Part shown: one piece after another, positions 39,169 through 54,625 of the stretch
Numbering within the stretch: the stretch's first letter is position 1
Layout of the letters: the number at the start of each line of letters is the position of its first letter
Assembly: GCA_012295275.1 (NCBI GenBank)
Contig: CM022665.1
Coordinates: forward strand, 1,302,001-1,366,000
Source of the DNA: Chrysomallon squamiferum
Taxonomy: Eukaryota; Animalia; Mollusca
DNA length: 64,000 nt
Reading direction: 5' to 3'
Translations under genes and position numbers: made by a program
The notes under the pieces: generated by a model
What the model was told of the DNA's origin: nothing
Seen by the model: only the letters and a program-made list of their open reading frames with translations
The model's database searches: none

Positions 39169-42100
39169 CTATTTCTCTACGGATTTGTTTCTGTTCCTAC
39201 TGACAATTCCACTTCCTTTATTGATTACATATTTGTTGATAGCAACCAGTCCAGACACTTAAGTCCTTACTCTAGGCAACCAGCATAACATGTTGTCTAC
39301 TGCAGGAAATTCAGTTAGTGGTTTCCAATTAAACCATGCTTTAATATTTAATTCACCACAGATCTAAAGAGCATTATAATGTGCTATTTTCAGGAAAGCA
39401 AGTGAAGTGTGGAATGTCATTCCTGTCAAATACATAATTATATCGTGATAATCAAAGAGTTGTTTGTACGTGTCAGTCTTTGTTTTATTCTACATATTTT
39501 CACTGAAATGAGAATAAGAGAAAGAATGAAAGATAATGAGAACAAAAGAAATATGAAAAGAGTTAGAGACAGAGAAGGGATTAGAGCAAAACTACATGAA
39601 AAAATGAATGTTATGTAATAATCAAAGTGATGGGATGGTTTTAAAAACTAAATATCAACATACCCCCCCCCCCACACACACACACACACTAAATCGGCTA
39701 AAGGCATCTTTTTTCACCCTTTGTAATAGAAATCTGTTTTTAATAAAATATATTGTTTCTTGAGCGTTTGGTTTCACTTGGCTTAGCAAAAATAGTTATC
39801 TATTCACTTGTAATGTATAAATATTTCACAAGACGTAAATACCAAAATATAGCACGGTTGAGTCTTTCCACTTAAATGTTACTACTCTTGGGAATATTTT
39901 GTTTTGAAATGTTGTTCGGTTCAACCATGCAGGAATATATTTCTTTAGTGTATCAAAAACATGACAGAAAACATGATTTTTTTAAATTTATAGTCAACGA
40001 GAAATAAAATGAAACCTTAAAAGAGCAGTGACAGAAGAAGATAATGATGAAAATAATCACTGCTGCTGTTCAGTAACCAGACAGTTTCGTATGATGAGTT
40101 TGTTAAACGCATACAAATTTACACATTTTTCATAGTGTGCTTAACACTTAACCTGTTTAAACAACACTGCATGAATGTGAAATCAGTTTATTTCCCTCGA
40201 TCCAGCTGACGTTTCATCTTTCATTTAGAAAAATAATTTACTGTATATTTCTCGCGTTCTTGTTGTTTGTGTGAAATGTGTCTGTTTTAACTGGGCATTC
40301 ATTTTAAATTTAATAGACAAATTTAATAAACAAGTGAAGACAAATAAAACAAACCCGTTATAAGAAGAAAAACGGTCAAAACTAACAATATTAGCACTTA
40401 CAACATATCGACAAAACAAAAATAAAACAGCAAGAAAAAAAATAAAGGTAATTCTTCAAAAAAGGAAAAAGCAAAGTATTCAAGAAAGGCCTGTATCATA
40501 AATTTATAAATATGTACATATATCGCATAAATGTAAGAAATAAATATTAGCAAAATTAAATCACATTGCTAAAGAAATGTAATAATAAGGAACATTAATT
40601 CACTAATTAAATTATTAGAAGAGTAATCTTACTGGAATTCATATACACATACATTATATTATATTATATATATAAACAGACAGATAGATATATACATATA
40701 CAAAAACATATAGATATAAAAAATGTAGATATAGATTTAGACAATATGAAGATATATAGATATAAACATATATATATATATGTGTGTGTGTGTACACAAA
40801 CACACACACATACAATAATAATAACAATAAATAATATAATATAATACAATAAATAGGAAGAAAACAAAACATGAAGCAAACAACAATCCTCCACAAATAC
40901 AAAAAGAAAATTCAACAGTTTTATATCTTGAACATTAGCGTTTGCTAAGACTGCTTTATTTTTCAGATAAATAATATCAAACCAGGATTAGACAACAAAC
41001 CTCCGAAACGATATCCTCATTTGATGGTTCGCATGAAACAAGTACAGGTAACTATAATTAGATGTGAAACGAAATATAAAAAGTACAAGTAAAAGGTAGA
41101 TAGGATCGAAATCACGAATAGTGACAAAATAATCTGACAAATAAGATAGTTTTGTATTTGGTTCGTGACATTTACCTCTATTTTTAGATAATTTGAATAA
41201 TATTTTGAGCAGATAACGAAGATTGAGTAATCTGATAATATACATTTGAAATCGATCACTTTTGATAATGTGTTTCAAACATTGAAAATACCAAGATATA
41301 AAATAAAAGAAGTGGACTGAAGCTTTCTTTTTCAAATGTGGATAGTCTTTTGTGCCGACACACACACCACGTACGTACAGCCATGTAAACATATAAATAC
41401 ACATACTGACAGATATGCTAAATATATACCATTATACATACATGCATATTTCCATCTCCTTGAATGAAATGTTATTTTTTTCAAATGCTCTTCTTCATCC
41501 ATAGCAGGGAAAGTAGTAATGCGAGAAACGTGTTCGTAATTAATCTGTGACAGAAAATAAAATAATTGTGAGTCATTATAGCTTTCTGTCATTGACAGGT
41601 CTTTGTTGTTCTTTGATGTGTAGTCGGAGACAAGTCATTCAGTAAAATAAAATAACAGATGGTTATGCCAGTTTCATAACATAAATCTTGATTACAGTTA
41701 CAGATCGTGTTTTGTTTTTTTCTTCATTTAACCACCCTCAGGTATGCAATAACACTTATATGTTATTATAGAGACGCAAGTTTTAATATAAATAGTCACA
41801 CATAGCTATGCGTCCATATGATTACGAGAAGACAATTTCGCAAACCTTTTCATAAGGATATACTCAGTCTTCTACAAATTTGAAAAACGTTTAGATATTA
41901 AATTTAATAAATTTTAATGTTAGCAATCAGGTTGGCTTTAAACGGCATTTATTATGTCTTAACGTAAAGAAGAAGAAAATTAGTTTCATAAAAGGATTCC
42001 TGTTGTACGACCTAAAGTACTGTCATGAATGAATGATAACTAAAATAAACAGGACAGAATATAACTAAGATTTTGATTTAAAATTAAAATAAAGTTGATT

Positions 42101-45100
42101 ATATCGTTTCAAATACAAATTTTCATTTTGTATTTAGTTCTTTTATTTTATGTAGAAATGGAAACCACATATCTGTTTAGTAAAAAATTATTTATTTTTT
42201 ACGTTTTTAATCAGATAAATCAATGTATATGTATTAGGATTTCGGTTCCATCTGTCGATTCCTGTTCATTTTAAATTCATTTATGTTAAAATTATTTGTT
42301 CTTAATTATAACCATTCAGGTCTGAACATGCTATGACTTTATTTAATGAAGAGATTCATATAATGTTTTATGGAAATTACTGTTATATTATTATACACTA
42401 ATAACAGAAAGAGGAAGAGAGGTTAGCAGAAGTGGATCATGAAAATAAATTATTGCTGCAGAAGATGATCTACATTATGAGGACACGCGGTCGGGTGGAC
42501 AACTGGAACTTAGAATATGAACCAGGAAGGTAATTATAACTTAAAGTGATATCTAAGCCTTCAAATATCATAAATACGCTTATTTGTGGAAGCAAAATGG
42601 AAAATAAAGAAATTGTAAATGAACATAATGGACATAGTTATAGTGATCAGTGTAAAAAAGTGAGTTCAAATCACCTGTTATTATTATTATTATTTTTTTC
42701 ATCAAGAATATACAGTATTGTTGACTGAAAACTAATTATTTGCCAAAAATAAGAATTATACTTTCGTTGAATTAGTATTAATTATATTCTCAGTAATGCA
42801 AATTAATATACATTTTTACATAATTAAGAAAATAATTTTATGTTTCATTATACCTATGTTGTTAATAAATGATATATACTGTAGATTTAAAAAAAAAAAA
42901 AAGATAAATAAATGTTAAAGTTATATTCTTCTATTTTCAGCTTAAACCATCCATACAAGCAAAGACAGTTAGAAAAAATTGCAGTTGAAAACCTTGGTAT
43001 AGCCAGACGACTGGAAAATGCTCAGCCTGTATATAAATCTACTGAATTTGTAAGTATTAAATAATTATTAAAAAAGAAAAAGAAGAAGACGAAAAAGAAA
43101 ACAATCGAAATGAAAAACAGTGTAATGATGTGGATCATTATTAATGAATGATTTTATGCTTTACTTATATATTTCCATGTTATTTGTAAAAAGTTTTCTG
43201 TACCATAACATATCTATATTTATCCAGGGTGATATGTTTGTTATCTCATGTCTTACTTTATGTTATCAAATATTGGTACCTGCTGCTTAGTATATCTCTA
43301 ATCTATATAGCCTGCAGTTTTATTAATTCAGATCTTAATTTCGTGGTGCATTGGTCAGCAACTGGGCAGTGTTAATTAAAAGCAAAGTATCGTCTTGGAC
43401 ATAGACGGTATCACAGGCTAATATAAAATTCACATCATTATTATTTCCAGGAAGAGAATTATCAGCGTAACAAGTATTACGCCAGTCTTCGAGAGGAATC
43501 AACTAAAGATTACGAACTAACTCCAAGAAGGTCAAAGAAATGGGTATTTATAAACAATTAAATACAGAAAACTATTATTACATCAGTAGATGATTATATT
43601 CTTTCAGCTTTCGACTTCTGTTAGCAGAGCCAAATTCAGTAGGTATCATAACCCTGTTCTCTCTTCATAGAGCAAACGAAGCTTATAAACAGTTAAATTA
43701 CATGTTTATAAATAAATGTGTTAGTTTCCTTCACTATCATTATAAGACATATCAATGATATATAAAAATGAGTTCAAATGTAATATTCGATTTTCAGTAT
43801 TTTATTCATTTATAATTCATTTTCTTTCTTCATTCATCCTCTGATTTATTCACAATTCAGAAAAGTGGGGATTTGGAGGAAGAGAAAAATTACGAAGATG
43901 ATTTTGAAAGCGAGGACGAAAATGACAAAGAGAAGTCTAATACACAGAACAGTAGTCTACCACAAATTGTAAGATTCGTATTAATTTACTAATATATTGT
44001 TATATAGCTATTTGATTAAAATCTTACATCAAATATAAATGAATAAAATTACAATAAATTAAAAACGTTATGGGAGATTATTCAGATATATATATATATG
44101 AATAATCTCCCATATTGTATTATATATATCAATAATGAACACGTTATATAGGTATTACAGTCTTTGGCGGTTAATTTAATTTTTTTTCTCTTCCAGAATG
44201 ATAAGCAGAAGACATCACCCAGAAAGGATAAGAATGAATTAAGCACACAGAAATTACCACAGATTAAAGAAAAGAAGAAGGTAAGACATAATATATTTAC
44301 TGAGTTTACATAATATTTACTTAATTATTGCAGATGTATCTCTATGATTAATGTTACACTATGTTATATATATTGCTGCTGCTATTACTACTACCAATGC
44401 CATTCTTCTACTGTTACTACTAGTACTATTACTACTGCTATTGTAATTATTATTATTATTTATAATTATGCTAGTAATATTAATATTACTTCTATTACCT
44501 TTACTACAGCTGCTACTACCATATCAGCTTCTACTAATACTAATACTGCTACAAATACTAACATACCTCCCTAGTTCAAAAATACATGCTTCTAAATCAG
44601 CACTAATGGCAATTGCTCGTTCCACTGCTAACACTATTCTGTAACTATTATTACTCTTGTTGCTGCAGAAGCAAATCTGATGAGATTAAGAGTTGGATCA
44701 AACAATATTATTACAATATAAATTACAATCTCTAAGATTTTAACCATAATTCTGGAAATTCCGCTAAATAAACAGTTAATCCATATGCATTTCCATTTCT
44801 AACTTAAAGAAAATGGAAAAATAAAATAAATAAAAAGACCTGCTTTATGTAACATGACTTTTGAAGTAACTGGTTCAAATGTGAACTTTAGATTTTGTTC
44901 AAAGCATAGCAACATCGTGAATTTCAAACTTCAAATTAAAACATCTGATGAATGAATCAATACGTGCTCAGGAAACATTAATAAAATATAATAATAAAAA
45001 AATACCCCAAAAATCAGTAACAAAAAAAACAACAAAAAACAACCCACCTCTGATTAGTGAACCATAGATAACGAAAAATATTTTTAAAATTATATATACC

Positions 45101-45716
45101 CCCTGCATGTCATTTTTAAGCTGTTTGGTTTTATTATTATTTGGTCAAGGTCTTTCTCTTGTAATTCAAAAGCGTGGTTTCATATTATTACCTTCACCAA
45201 ATCGCCTCTCTTTACATTTTATTATCGAAAGTATTATTTATTGATTATAGTGACCACTAATCACTTTGTGTAGTAGTATGGTAAGATTTTTTATAACTAT
45301 TTCACAACGTGTTTTTCCCCTGCTAATATGTAGAGTAATAAATGTGTGTATGTTTATGTGTAATGTTACATATAACGAGTTACATACTTATATCATGTTA
45401 TAGTGTGAACTGTTTTGTAATAATGCAAGTGATAGTCTAGTTTCTCTATCTAGATGGCCCTGTTTTGAATATAAAATAAAATATTTGATAAAATGTATGT
45501 TATATTTGTGACAATAAATATGTCTTTGGATATTTCAAAATCTCCTTACTCGACCGAAATTCACATATTTTTAAACAAACATGTTAAAAATATTATTACC
45601 ATTCAATATATATTTGTGTGTCTATATGTATATATAAAAATGATAAAAACGCGCGCATTTTTTTACACGCACATTCACAAACACAAATAATTTTATTTCC
45701 ATATGTATATGTGTGT

Positions 45717-45756
<40 letters not shown>

Positions 45757-46264
45757 AAATCTGATATACGGTATCTTATAAATTAACACAGAAAAAATAT
45801 ATGAGAGGTTTACCAGATTTGACAATCATGATTGTATTTCTCTTATCTGAAGCTTGGAGGTGTCGAACTGGAACACACCTATGACATGTATGATCCGACC
45901 AGGAAATACAAGTCTGAGGTACTTACAATAGTCGCTTGTGTCACCCGCCAGTTTACTTACAATATACAATGCTTTGAAGTGTGAAGCACTTTAAGAAACT
46001 CAATCAGTATAATGACATAGTTTTAATAGTCATTCTTCAGTATACTAATTGACTCAGTGATACGTAACTTTTTCTTTTTTTCCTTCTTTTTATTTTGTTG
46101 AATTTTATTTTTTAATCCATTTTCTTAATAGTTTCTTTGAACATCGCTTCTTTCGTTCTTCAGTCTTTCCTTACCTGACTGCATGCATTTTTCATTTGTT
46201 TCTGAATGGTATTGCCTTTAGTGTTCTGCACTAGGATATGTAATTATTATTATTTATTTATTTA

Positions 46265-46328
<64 letters not shown>

Positions 46329-47641
46329 GTTAGTTTGTACCACACACACAAAAACGCTTGGGAGACGAAGATTTTGAATCACTTTTCTTCATCTTCTTCT
46401 TCTGAGAGATAGAGAGAGAGAAAGTGCGATAAAAGAATAAACAAAATCACCTGAATAGTAGAACCTAATAGTAGACAAAAATGTACTTATACCCTCATTT
46501 CACAACCTAGTAAATTCAATTCCCTCCTGCACAATTTAAAATTCCTCTTCAAATATTACATCACTACTTCTTTCTCTCATACGCCGTCTATCTATCTCTT
46601 TCTCTCTTATAAATATATGCAGCAATTAACACACCAAAATACTGTAGGTTTCATAGTGTGTTTAACAGTCAGTTTGTATTTATCAAAAGTAAATTAACAA
46701 TGTTTTTCAGTCAGCTTTTCATGTGGTACGGAAATATTTAATATACGTTTGTTACTTAGTGAAATGTATGTTGCAAAATTTGTAGTGTTAACTAGCAAAA
46801 TGACCAGTGCACCAAAAACACACGACACTTGTTTTACAATATAGTATGGGTTAATAAGAAAAGATTTCATTTCTCTGTTTTAGTTTTACTGTTTTTAACT
46901 CAGTTTATTAGTATCTAGAGATTGCAAATAGACTTTGAACACTTACCTCATTATTTATATCATATGATATTTTCCTTTTTTTATTTTTCAATTTTTTTAA
47001 TACTTAAAATTATATTTCTCTTTTATAAAACGTTATATTAATAAAGGTATTATTATTGTTACTATTATTATTATATAGTCCTCGAATTCAGAAATAAAAT
47101 TAATTATTGTATTACATAATTATGAACACATTCACGAACTGTCAACAAATCATATTATTCGTATTATTTTTGTTCTTTCTACAGAATTCTAACATATCTA
47201 TATTTTACATTGCCACTACAATAATCCTGATATTTCTCTAAATATTTCTTATACTTTACTTATTTCTTCCTGCTATCTCTGAATTTTAAAAATAATTTTA
47301 AGAAGTCGGATAAAAGGGGGAAAGCAAATAAAAGGAACGACACGTCAAAGTCTTCAGATAATGCTGAAGATCAAACTGATAATGATAACGAAAGAGGAAA
47401 CAACAATACAAATACAGAAGAAGAACGTACAAATGATTCTTCACAACAAAAAACGAGCGAAGAGAAGAAAGATAAAAAAACAACAGAACTTAAAGCTACT
47501 CAAGAAAACGGCAGACATTCCGAAAACAAAGAGAAAGAAAATAAAAATGAAAGAAAAACAGAAAAATCAAAGAAGGGAAAAGAGAGAACTGATAATGGAC
47601 AAAACGGCACTGAGGGAAACAAGGCAATGAAACATTCTACT
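36350..47641 (+). CDS. N-terminal part: CFAP97D2/CFAP97D1-like (KIAA1430/Hemingway) domain and Lys/Glu-rich linker
   Basis: Exons 36350-36439 (MPRYSTQFPAASKILSKYEHDRAFRLHREK), 40967-41047 (INNIKPGLDNKPPKRYPHLMVRMKQVQ), 42408-42529 (KEEERLAEVDHENKLLLQKMIYIMRTRGRVDNWN), 42941-43049 (SLNHPYKQRQLEKIAVENLGIARRLENAQPVY), 43451-43543, 43861-43968, 44197-44280, 45853-45918, 47303-47641. The motifs KPxxDxKPP, EEERL..I..EN.LLL.K and SLN...R..L.KI..EN..I..RL are diagnostic for the family. Confidence 0.85.
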
Positions 47642-50613
47642 GTTTGTTTTCAATGTTTGTCATTATTATTATATTTCTTTTTAATCTCTTTTAATTTATG
47701 TTCTGAAATTCCTTTGTATTTTTGTTGTTAAATGTTGTGATTATGTGCGTATGCCTGTGACTCTATCTTTTTAAATGTTGAAATTTTGCGTTATGAATTC
47801 TGTAATTTTAGCTAATTTAAAAATATTTTTATTTAAATTTATGTTTCTGGTTCTTTTTTTTTTTTTCTTTTTTTTTTAAAGATAATTAAATCTGCATTCT
47901 TTAAATGTGCAGATTTTTTGTTTTATTTAGAACTCTGTATGGATTTATAATTTTAAAGAATGTGGATTTTTGTTGTAAAAGCTATTTGAATTTTTTTTAT
48001 TTTTTATGTTGTAGACATATTGTTTTGAATTTAGTTTTTGGAATGTTATCCATATTATTTATTTCAATAGTATTTCAGTCTTACTGATTTTATATATACA
48101 CCCAGATGCATATTACTTGTTTCTAAATGCCTTTATATATCATTTATTTTGAAACCTGTGTAAAGTTTAATACTATAAATAATTTTTAATTTTGTTTCAT
48201 GTTTAACATAATACTGTCTTTCAATTTGAACTTTTAACTTTTCTTTTTCTTTGTAAATTTTTACATTTAATATATAATTATTACAGTTTATAATTTCATA
48301 TAGTAATAGATTTCAGTTTTGTTGTACTTTTAATACGAACCAGTTTGATTTTAAAATATGAAATTTTCGGATATTTAAATCTTTTCATGGCTCTTTTATT
48401 GAATGTATTTTATTCATACAAAAAAAAAAAAAAAATCTTATTACTGAGTGCTACGTTTTGAAAAGTTGTACTACAGTTTTATTATCAAGTAATAATGTAA
48501 AATATTTTAGTTCACAGAATAACTTTAAAATTATTTAACACACACACACACATTAAAACAGACAAATAAAATTAAAAAATAATAACATCACCATCGAAAC
48601 AAAACAATAGTAAACAACAACCAAAGGATTGTTTTAAACTAATGAATACTATTTCTCAACTTGTTCATGCTAGCTATGCGTAAGAGTATCTTTATTTGTT
48701 CACGTCTGTTTATTAACTGAGTTAGTGATCTTCTCAATTTATTAATGAAGTATTTTTGTTTATGAGATATTCAACACGATTTTTGCATTTGTATTTTTAT
48801 TTTACAAAGCCTGTAGTTGTTTTACTAGCGTCCTTGGAGATTACACTAACATTTTAAATGAGTGTTTGTCAACGTGGTAATTTGCTAGTGAAAATTTTCT
48901 CTTTTTAAAACACACGTATAAAGTGAAAGTTTTCCTCGGTGGGCGGATCTGTTTTGTGTATCGATTCGCAGGATTTTACTTATTCATTTCTAATTCAGTT
49001 AATGTTTAAACCGCAGTAAGAACAGAACAAATAAAACAACAACAAACAAACAAAAACCAACAATAAAAAACATGATAGAAAAGAATAAAAACAAAAGAAA
49101 AAATACACAGCAACGCGGGAAAATTGCAAACAAAAGAAACAGAAGGAAAACAAATTCAAATATTTATGAACCGTAAGATTACATTAAAAATATACCATAA
49201 CAAAGGCAGGATGTCTAAAACAGAACTGTAAAAATGATTTATTTTATCACACTACATTGTATTTATTTTGGGATATCGTAGTCAGGGAATTTATTGTCAT
49301 GCAACTAACAGTTAACTATCTCATCTGTAGGCAGTAACATCTATATATAGAACGTGATCAGAAAATAAGTTCGGTATGCACATGTTAAACGCTGTTTGAT
49401 CTGCTTTAATGCAATGTGCATTTTTTTTTTCGTTATATCTTTATTTCAATTGTTTAAATGTAATTCACTTTCTGTAATGAAATTATTGCTGAATGAATAA
49501 ATGAATATTTATAAAACTACAAGATTTCTTAGTATTAACAATTATTAAATGTTATTCATAAGCTTTATATATTTACTGATGACATTAAAGAGCGCGAACC
49601 CATTACTTGTGTTCAGTATTCGACTCTTGTCGATTTCACAGCAGTTCTTTTATAAGCACCTACCGAGAGACAGAATACTTTCATGACGACTTTAGTATAC
49701 GACTTGTCTGTTATCTGCGTATGCGTTCTGTAGATAAGACAATTCAAATCTGATTATCTTATGATTTCATTCCTAAACAACACGTGTCGTTAGAGCAATC
49801 TAAATAAAATAATGAAACATTGATGCTATCATTAAATGTACTTGACTTGTGTAAATTCAACATCCGCCAACCTTTGTGTAGATTCTGAACTTTAATTTCG
49901 TGACTTGTTTCACTGTAATAGCACTTATCAAACTGTTGTTCTTTTTGTAGTATCCTTTGTTGATACAATACGAATAAAGCAGATTTCATATTATTTTGAA
50001 AATAATATTCTCTTTTAAAGCATTTATATTAGCATATACCATTATAGCTATACCAACAACTTACATTTTAGATTTAGAGCCACACTGTATTTTATTAATC
50101 ATTTTTTTATATGATTTTGCTTTCGCATAATCGCCGTATTTTGTTTTGTTTGTTCTTAGTGAATGTCCAAATGCTAAAAATATATACTGCAGTAAATTGT
50201 GATATTAGCGTTACAGGATACTGATGCAGTATTAATGATATGAATGCCAAGTTTATATAACGGTTTGATCTGAATTTAATTTATATGAGTATTTATGTGG
50301 TTTTCACTTGCAGTCGGAGAGCCCTGCAGAAGCTGATGCAAAACAGCTCTTTAAAGTAGCCAAACAGCTGGGTAAGTAAAAAATAAGCTTTCGATAAAAT
50401 ATAAGAAATTAGTAAAATGTTTAAAAAACAAACAAACATATATATATAAAAAATAAAAACATAAAACAAAAAGAAGATATATTTAACCGGATTATTTCAG
50501 TATTATTACCATAATTTCTGCGGCTGGAACTGCTGCTGCTACTGTCATCACCATTATTCTTCTGCTACTTCTACTACCTCTTTTTCTATTATTATTCTGC
50601 CTTTACTACAACA

Positions 50614-50650
<37 letters not shown>

Positions 50651-53600
50651 TTACTACTACTAATACTACAACTACTACTATTACTACTACTACTACTATT
50701 ACTACTGCTACTACTACTACTACTACTATTACTACTACTACTACTACTACTCCTACTACTACTACTACTGCTACTACTGTTACTGTAGTTTACTGTTTAT
50801 ATAGCAATAATGTATTATAACAGTTTTCTTCTGACATTCATCTCTTTCTCTTCATAGCACCTCCAGAGGAAATCATTATAAAGACCCTTGTCAAGAAAAC
50901 CCATGCTCAAAGAATGCAGACAAAGGCAAAATTCCATCAGCTGTATGATTTGGTCAGTATGAATTATTTCACTTTATATAATATAATTATTATGAAATTT
51001 AGAGGTTTTAAAGTGCTAAATATCGTGCCTTTTCGATACGAATTATTTTATAATATATAATACACTTATTTATTATTATTATTGTTCTGTTTCTGTAATT
51101 GGTTATACTATTCAATATCTATTAAAAAGTACTAAAAAAATAAATAAATAAGAAAATACAAAAGAAAACAAAAACATCTCTCGAAATTGTATTTTTGAGT
51201 CTTTGTAATTTACCCTGTATCACAGAAGGTTTGTTGCTGTGAGGCTGGAAGAGTGACGTTTGGCTCTAACATAATTATAGTAACCAGATATTTCTTGTTG
51301 GCTTTGCTTTGTTAAGTCTGAAACCATTTTCTGTTATAGGATCTGGATACAGAACTGAAGGATGGATTAGGTAAGGACTGGCACCTGGTGATAGACGCCT
51401 TGTTATCAGAGCAAGGATTATCTGAATGTGAGGACCTCCACAAAGCTGTACACGTGAGTAGCAAAATATAACAGTGACTTGACTTCAGAACTTTTGTCTT
51501 ACATTGTCTATATTCTTGTTTAAATTACTAGCCTTTTCTTAAAAGCTAAGTGATGTGATGTATCATTTTTACTTGTTTCAGAGTGGAAACATGATAGGTG
51601 TCATAGAGATTTTCTGTTCTTCTAATTCGTCAAGTTTAGTTAAACTGAAGGATTCATACAGGAAAGGTAATGTTAATATTAGTATGATTCTAAAACAGAA
51701 ATATGCAGAAAAAAGGGCTCATTTCCTAAAATTTAAAACTGACGCAAAATAGTACTGTCATATTAAATGATTTATTATCTCTGCTGTTTTATAACGATGA
51801 TACCACTTTTTAAACAAGAAATTAAATAATGTAGCTATTATAAAACTGTATGCATTAAAGTATATTTGCATCTGAGATAATGTATCTGAGAACATTCTTC
51901 AAAATAAATTTCATTCAAATAATCATAATTTTTCCTTTACGAAATACTTTTTATTCAAGACATGTTTATTCAATCATTATTTTTTTAATTTCATTTTAAG
52001 AATATGCTGTCAGTCTGGAGAATGATATTTCTGAGAAATTCAAAGATCCAGTTCAGTGTTTCTTGCTGACTCTACAAAAGGTACTTCCTTATGTTTACTC
52101 ATTTGTATATTTTAAAACAATACGAAACATCGAAATGAAAATCGAACGTCTATTTGAAAACTAACAATACAAGTCTAAACAAATAATAATAATAATAATA
52201 ATAATTCATGTCAAGTACAGTCGTCTTCTGTAACATTTTGGACATTACTTACCAAGAACAAAAACAGTTAATTATTAAGTTTAATATGTGTTTAATATAA
52301 ATATTATTCATACTGTCTGTCCTTGTTTTCCAGGAAGGCAGAGATGACTCGACTACAGTAGATACAAAACGAGCAGAAAAAGATGCTAAATCTTTATTTG
52401 AGGTATATCTGTGTTTTGAATGATTATTCATGGTAGTCATGACTATTTTCTTTTTACAATATAAGAAAACAAGAAATAAAAAGGATGAAAGTGTTTGAGT
52501 AAAAATTTGAGTTTGATTAAATATATTTTACTTGGTCTCTGGATATTGTATTTGGATATTATTTAGTAATACAAAGTTAGATATGATTTTACTATAATGT
52601 TTTTAGTCTAACTGACAAATGCATCTACTTTCAGTCAGGAGATGGACGGTGGCAAGACGAAAGTGGGCAGTTCATTATGCTGGTGTCAAAGCGAAGTGTA
52701 GCTCAAGTGAAAGCAACCATGAGAATGTACAAAGTGGTAAGTATTACATTATCTTGATATGAAATGAAATAATATATTTATATAAATAAGCGTAAAATTA
52801 TAGTAAAATTTTAATATAGGTGTCTAAAACTGAAAGGAAGTTTAGAAAAACATTTGTGATCATGCAAATACAGTTCTATTTGACAGACGAACAACGTTAT
52901 AAAATATAATTTAAAAACTTAATTAAATATAAGAAGGATATCTATCAATCAAATTACTTACATATATTAAAATAGTACATGTAAAAATTGAGTTCAGTCT
53001 ACATTACATAAATACTGCAGACCAATTTGTGCTGAAATACATAAATAAACTGAGGGATTTGTGCAGGTTTCAGGCGGCACGGATGTCATGCAGGTTGTGC
53101 GGGAAGAATGTGACGGAGATTACGCTGACGCTATCAATGCCTTTTGTAAGTCTTATTTACAAATTTACAAAATTTTAACATTGATTAAGGTCTTTTCTCT
53201 CAAGGCTTTTTTATATAAATATTGTTATTCATTTTGACTAACATTACACTTTCACAGAGTGTTTTAGCAATGTTAAATATGTTTTTAAATGGTATAAGAT
53301 TTTATTTTGTGGATCACTACAATTTATATTCTACACCTCCTTTTTCGATAGTTATTCCAAATCCTACAGTAGCTAACACAATAGCCAGCTAAGCAAAGGA
53401 TCAGCAGTTCACTCTTTGATGCTAATAGCTTTAGCCTTTATTGCACTGTAATGTTATTATGAAAAATCATGTATAATAAAAAAACAAGTGTTTATATTTA
53501 ATCTCAAAGAATTGAAATACTGCATTTTGTTTCCAGTGCACTGCGCAAAGAACCCGCAGAATGTATACGCAGAAAAACTCTACAAGAACCTTGATGCTTC

Positions 53601-54578
53601 TAATCCTGCTTTTGTTAGCACTCTGGTAGAGAGATCAGAGGTATGTATTTAATTCATTGCCTGACGAAATAAACCTATATATCTTTCTATTTATGTGGTA
53701 TATGATTTATATAAAACAAACATTTGTTTTGACTAGATCAAATTATTTTTTGTTACCTATTATTTGTTTTGGAATGTTAACTTGGAATAGTTAATTTATT
53801 TATAACAGTAATAAAATTAACTTTGTTTTTCTAAATCAGATTGATATTCCAGCAGTAAGGAAGGCATACAAAAAGAAGTATGATGCTGATCTGGTAGATG
53901 ATATACAAGATCGTTGTGTCCATCCGACCACGAAGGTTCTCATAGAACTTGTCATGAAAGTCCCTCCGCAGGAAAAGGGAAAGGTATCAAAGCATAAATA
54001 AATTTAAAATTTCAGTCATTTAATAATAATCTTAATTGTGTATGTGACATTTTTGCCTGGGAAACATAACTATATGGGAAATATCGCAGTAAATTTTGCT
54101 ATAGTGCTTGATGACATGAATAATTTTGATTTGAAATATTTTAATTTTTATTTTAAGGGGGATGATGGAAAAGAAAAGAAATATACAGTTCCGCCTCCAA
54201 AGAAACAACTAACAAAACGTAAGGAGCAGAGATTTGATGACTCCACAAAAAACAACCCATTATCCCAACCTCACCAGAAACGAATAGATCCTAACAGACA
54301 GAAAGATATCGATAAAACAGATAAGGATTCAGATAAGAAGGATAAGAAAAAAGAATGTGACGAAGGCAAAGGAACAGTGAAAGCTGATAAAAACTTCGAT
54401 GCAAATGATGATGTTGTAAAGCTTCATACAGCTATGAAAGGATTGGGAACAGATGAGGCAGTTATCATGGAAGTAATTACTAGCAAAAATAATGAACAGA
54501 GACAGCAACTCCGAAAGAAGTATAAAGAGAAATATAAGAAGGTATAAGCCTCTATAAAATATAGTAAAAAATAAAAAA

Positions 54579-54625
<47 letters not shown>

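Noticed and set aside
40654-41592. Several minus-strand ORFs up to 138 aa
   Set aside because: Low-complexity intronic sequence antisense to the CFAP97 exon 40967-41047; no recognizable domain.
47361-47630. 89-aa Lys-rich ORF in the supplied track
   Set aside because: It is an alternative frame of the purine-rich exon 47303-47641, whose phase-compatible frame is different.
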